Source: Oculina patagonica (Eukaryota). Taken from it: a stretch of 64,000 bases of DNA. The notes beneath the pieces were generated by a model. The model did no database searches, was not told the origin of the DNA, and saw nothing but the letters and a program-made list of their open reading frames with translations. Made by a program: the position numbers and the translations under genes. The DNA is taken from contig NC_135760.1 of the NCBI RefSeq assembly GCF_052425735.1, positions 24,366,001 through 24,430,000 on the forward strand, in the 5' to 3' direction. Shown here piece by piece: positions 60,762 through 64,000 of the stretch (position 1 is its first letter; each line of letters opens with the position of its first letter).

Positions 60762-61178
60762 CCCAGGAGGGGTACTCTCTAAAGTTACTACAGGGGTGTG
60801 CTGCTGAGACTCTGGACCTGTTCCAGAGAAAAAAAGCTGAATTTGCAACCCTGTTCCAGGCAAACATTGCAAAATTGGTACCCTGTTCCAGACAATATCC
60901 ACAATGGAAATATTATGTAGATAGATATAAAAACACAAGCATATATCACAATGTGCTCACATGACTTTGTCTGTGGCTTGGAGATAAAGTGATAAGAGGA
61001 GTGGAGTTTCATAGCTAAACTCGATCGTGTTTAATTAGGATTCTGGGAAAAAAATCGACCCTGTTCCAGAGTCAAAAGGTTGAGTTTTATACCCTGTTCC
61101 AGAGTCAGAGAGGCAAAAAGCATACCCTGTTGGGTGGCACATACTTCTGTAGCCCTTATATGGGAGTACCCCCCCCCC
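60762..61178 (-). repeat. GGGGTACTC MITE family copy
   Basis: Inverted copy of 17498-17906. Confidence 0.8.
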
Positions 61179-61246
61179 CACCCACCCCAGGCTGTGAACA
61201 CAAAAGGGGGCCACAATTCATAAGGCCCCTTTTCCCTAGGGGGGTC

Positions 61247-61410
61247 TGAAGGCGCGTCTACACGACAGAGAAAATTGGGTACGGACCCATCAAAAAGTTG
61301 TCCTATGGCCCCGTTTTGATTTGAGTGTTACTCTACAAAAGTGGTGAGGTCCGAACCAATTTTTTTACGGGTCCGTACGAAAATTTCTCTGTCGTGTAAA
61401 CGCGCCTTCA
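61247..61410. mobile_element. Short palindromic Harbinger-like MITE
   Basis: GAAGGCGCGT.TACACGACAGAGAAA / TTTCTCTGTCGTGTAAACGCGCCTTC. Confidence 0.7.
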
Positions 61411-61634
61411 GACATGCTCCCCCAGAAAAATGTGAAATTTAGAAGCTTGGAAATGCAATTTTCCAGTATTCTGTACATCAAAAAACATTGCTGTTGATGA
61501 ATATTTTTATTGACCAAAGAGGGAGCAGGGAGGAAAGGTGGAGGATTGAGGACGATATGAAAAGAGTGGGCCCTGGGAACCAGTTTAGAAGTCTCTTTTA
61601 AACCTGGGAACTAGTTTATGATCTTGTAAACAAA

Positions 61635-62115
61635 ATGGCGGACGAAGGCTTTCAAATTGTAAAGAAAAGAAAGGGTCCAAAGAATAGAAACTACAAGCAG
61701 AAAAACGGATCTAATACGAAATTATTGAATAGTTGCACTTCCTACGAAACAACGACATGCGATGCAAATGAACTCAGGATGAAAATCGAGAAATGCAGGC
61801 ATGAAAAGGTTTACTTTTGTACACTTAATTTGTAGGTGTGATTTGACTTTTAACTTATAAGGCAAGATTTCCGCACAGCCCCATACATTAATTATGCATA
61901 CAATTTTCAGACTGACTCGTTCTTTTCATAATGCTGTTTGTGTGTAGTGGAAGAATGAAATAATTGCATACATAATTAATGTATGGGGCTGTGAGAAAAT
62001 CTTTCCACTTATAATAACATTCTTTGGTTCTTGAACGTTAGATTCTCAGTGACATAACTTTTTTCTGTAAACAGGGAGGAAATTTCAGGGAGTGAGTTTT
62101 TATCAAGTGTCCAAG
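61635..62115 (+). CDS. SRRD: Probable SRR1-domain protein, first two exons only (gene continues beyond the window)
   Basis: AAAATGGCGG start; MADEGFQIVKKRK N-terminus; exon 61635-61798 joined via a GC-AG intron to 62075-62115 gives KIEKCREEISGSEFLSSVQ, resembling the SRR1-like N-terminal helix. The SRR1 domain itself is not in the window. Confidence 0.6.
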
Positions 62116-62623
62116 GTGAGATCCATCGCTCGCATTAAGCTTAATACCTTTGCAAGTCTCAGGATCTTTCTTCAGACGTTATGATAGACCCTTAAATAAA
62201 AGGATCTTTTCCAAAGGTTCTGTGGAGGACCTTGGAAAGTTCTATGATGACATTTCATGATCTTCAAGGATTTGATGAGAATCTTCAGCAAAACAGATCC
62301 TTACTAAATTAATTAATTAATTAAAAGAATATTCCTAAATTAATAAATAAGAAATTTTACTTCAGGTGAATAAAGATACAATACCGTACTATCACTAAAC
62401 TTAAAGTGATTACAATAATATATATATATGTTATTTGCCGGCCGGGAGGTCCATTTTGGGAAAAACTGTACTCGAGGTCTTGAGTACGGCCCAAGGGCAC
62501 AGGCCGAGGGCCGTGCTCAAGACCTCTGCTTAACTCTTAGAGGGAGTCTCTTAGAGGGACCTAAGCTGCAAAATGATTTCACGCCATGAGCGGTCCGTAC
62601 GCGGGGTCCAGATGGGAAAATCC

Positions 62624-63506
62624 CAGCCTGCGTGGCTGGCGTTCAAAGGGGAAGGAGAAAAGGTGTGAGGAGAGAGCGCAAAGCACGATCAGCGAAGGGG
62701 GGAAAGGGAACGCCTGCCATGACGCTATTGTTTTTATCGTTTTTTATGTCCAAATTCTGGACGCAAAAATCGTGATTGGTCAGAATGTATAGGGTGTGAA
62801 ACTTGACTGTTCTGATCAGTCAGATGTATGTCATTCAATCGATTAATTTGATTGCTGTGGTCAGTTCTCAACTTTCATTCAATGCAGACATGATACAGAT
62901 GAATCCAGTGACGAATGTCTTGTGCGATTTCTCTGCAAAGCAGTTGAATCTTCGAAAGAAAACGGCCGTTGTAGGATTTGGTATCAAACTACTGAATCTA
63001 CAAAGAATAACAAGTTTAATGGCAACCAGTAAGCACTACAGGCTGTGAGATATAAAGTTGTTTGGGTCACAGCCGGTTGCAACCTGACGCCATAAACTCG
63101 AACACCAGAAACGCTGCTTGATTCTCTCAGTCTCAAAACGGCAACTTTTCATAACAAATCCACACTTGAAAGGTTGATCTACCATGAAAAAATTTTGTTT
63201 TGTCATATTTCTGACAAGAAGACGAGAAGAAAAAAAAAATTAGATAGGCAATTCAAGCAGTGAAAGATTTTATTCCCAGCGAAAGTCAGCACCGATCAGA
63301 TTGGATAATTTTGACAGCCAGATGTAAAACAGAGGACAAGCAGATGACACGTACCTTAGGGGCAGTATGAAAAAAACAATAGCGTCATGGCCGGCGTTCC
63401 CCTTCCCCCGTTCTCCGATCATGCTCCACGCTCTCTCCTCGCACCTCGCACTTCGCGCTCAAACTCCCCCTTCTCCTTCCCCTTTGAACGCCGACAATGC
63501 AGGCTA
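62624..63506. mobile_element. YAG..CTA element with 9-bp TSD (AcademH-like), nested in a hairpin-capped element that starts at about 62425
   Basis: GGAAAATCC|CAGCCTGC...GGCGTTCAAAGGGGAAGGAGAA ... TTCTCCTTCCCCTTTGAACGCC...GCAGGCTA|GGAAAATCC. Confidence 0.75.
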
Positions 63507-63610
63507 GGAAAATCCGGACCGCTGGAGCGTGTGCAATTAGCCAATCAGATTCAAGGATTGAGGATTGCGGACCGCTGAGATGCTTGAGATGCTCGATTTT
63601 GGTCAAAGAG

Positions 63611-63688
63611 GCTCGCAAAGGATTGCCCAAATGCTCGCAAAGGATTGCCCTAATGCTCGCAAAGGATTGCCGGAATGCTCGTAAAGGA
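63611..63688 (+). repeat. 22-bp minisatellite, about 3.5 copies
   Basis: GCTCGCAAAGGATTGCC...AT repeated head-to-tail. Confidence 0.85.
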
Positions 63689-64000
63689 GCAACGGAAGTC
63701 AGTGCCGCAAAAGATAAAAATAGCCGTCGCAATGTGATCACAAGAAACATGTGCTTGAAGAAATATGTAAAACGGTACCTGAATTTGAAATGATACCAAA
63801 AATGACATGCAAAGCATAACAGGCGTATCATGCGGGGGACGAAGAGTTTCTTATCTTAGTCAGCGACTGAACGTTGTGAAAACAAGTGGAAATCGTATAC
63901 ATCTTACGACGAGTAACAAACAAAAGCGTGAACTTTGTCATGCAATACAAGATGATTCGTTTTGCTAACGAACTGTCAGTTTATTTGATCCAAAGAATGG

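Noticed and set aside
63611-63688. Short repeats that superficially resemble CRISPR (also 15034-15138 and 53482-53590)
   Set aside because: No unique spacers of regular length, no cas genes, eukaryotic context.

Overview
Eukaryotic, AT-rich, intron-rich animal genomic DNA. The repeat landscape and gene style suggest a cnidarian, probably a scleractinian coral (inference). Reading splice sites by hand gives nine genes: CHEK2 (-, 18 coding exons), TEKT1 (-), an unassigned intronless 354-aa ORF (+), TMEM17 (-), NDUFS8 (+), SLX1 (-), UQCR10 (-), DCTPP1 (+) and the 5' end of a probable SRRD (+). Three pairs are head-to-head, with only 80-222 bp between start codons. Introns are crowded with mobile DNA: a 5'-truncated L1/Tx1-type LINE in CHEK2, SINEs, many MITEs with diagnostic target-site duplications (TSDs), a Helentron-like element, a Galileo/P-like foldback and several hairpin-capped Crypton-like elements, often nested. 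One intact and two decayed minimal hammerhead ribozymes lie in the CHEK2 3' region. No prokaryotic system or CRISPR array is present. Most ORF-track entries are spurious.
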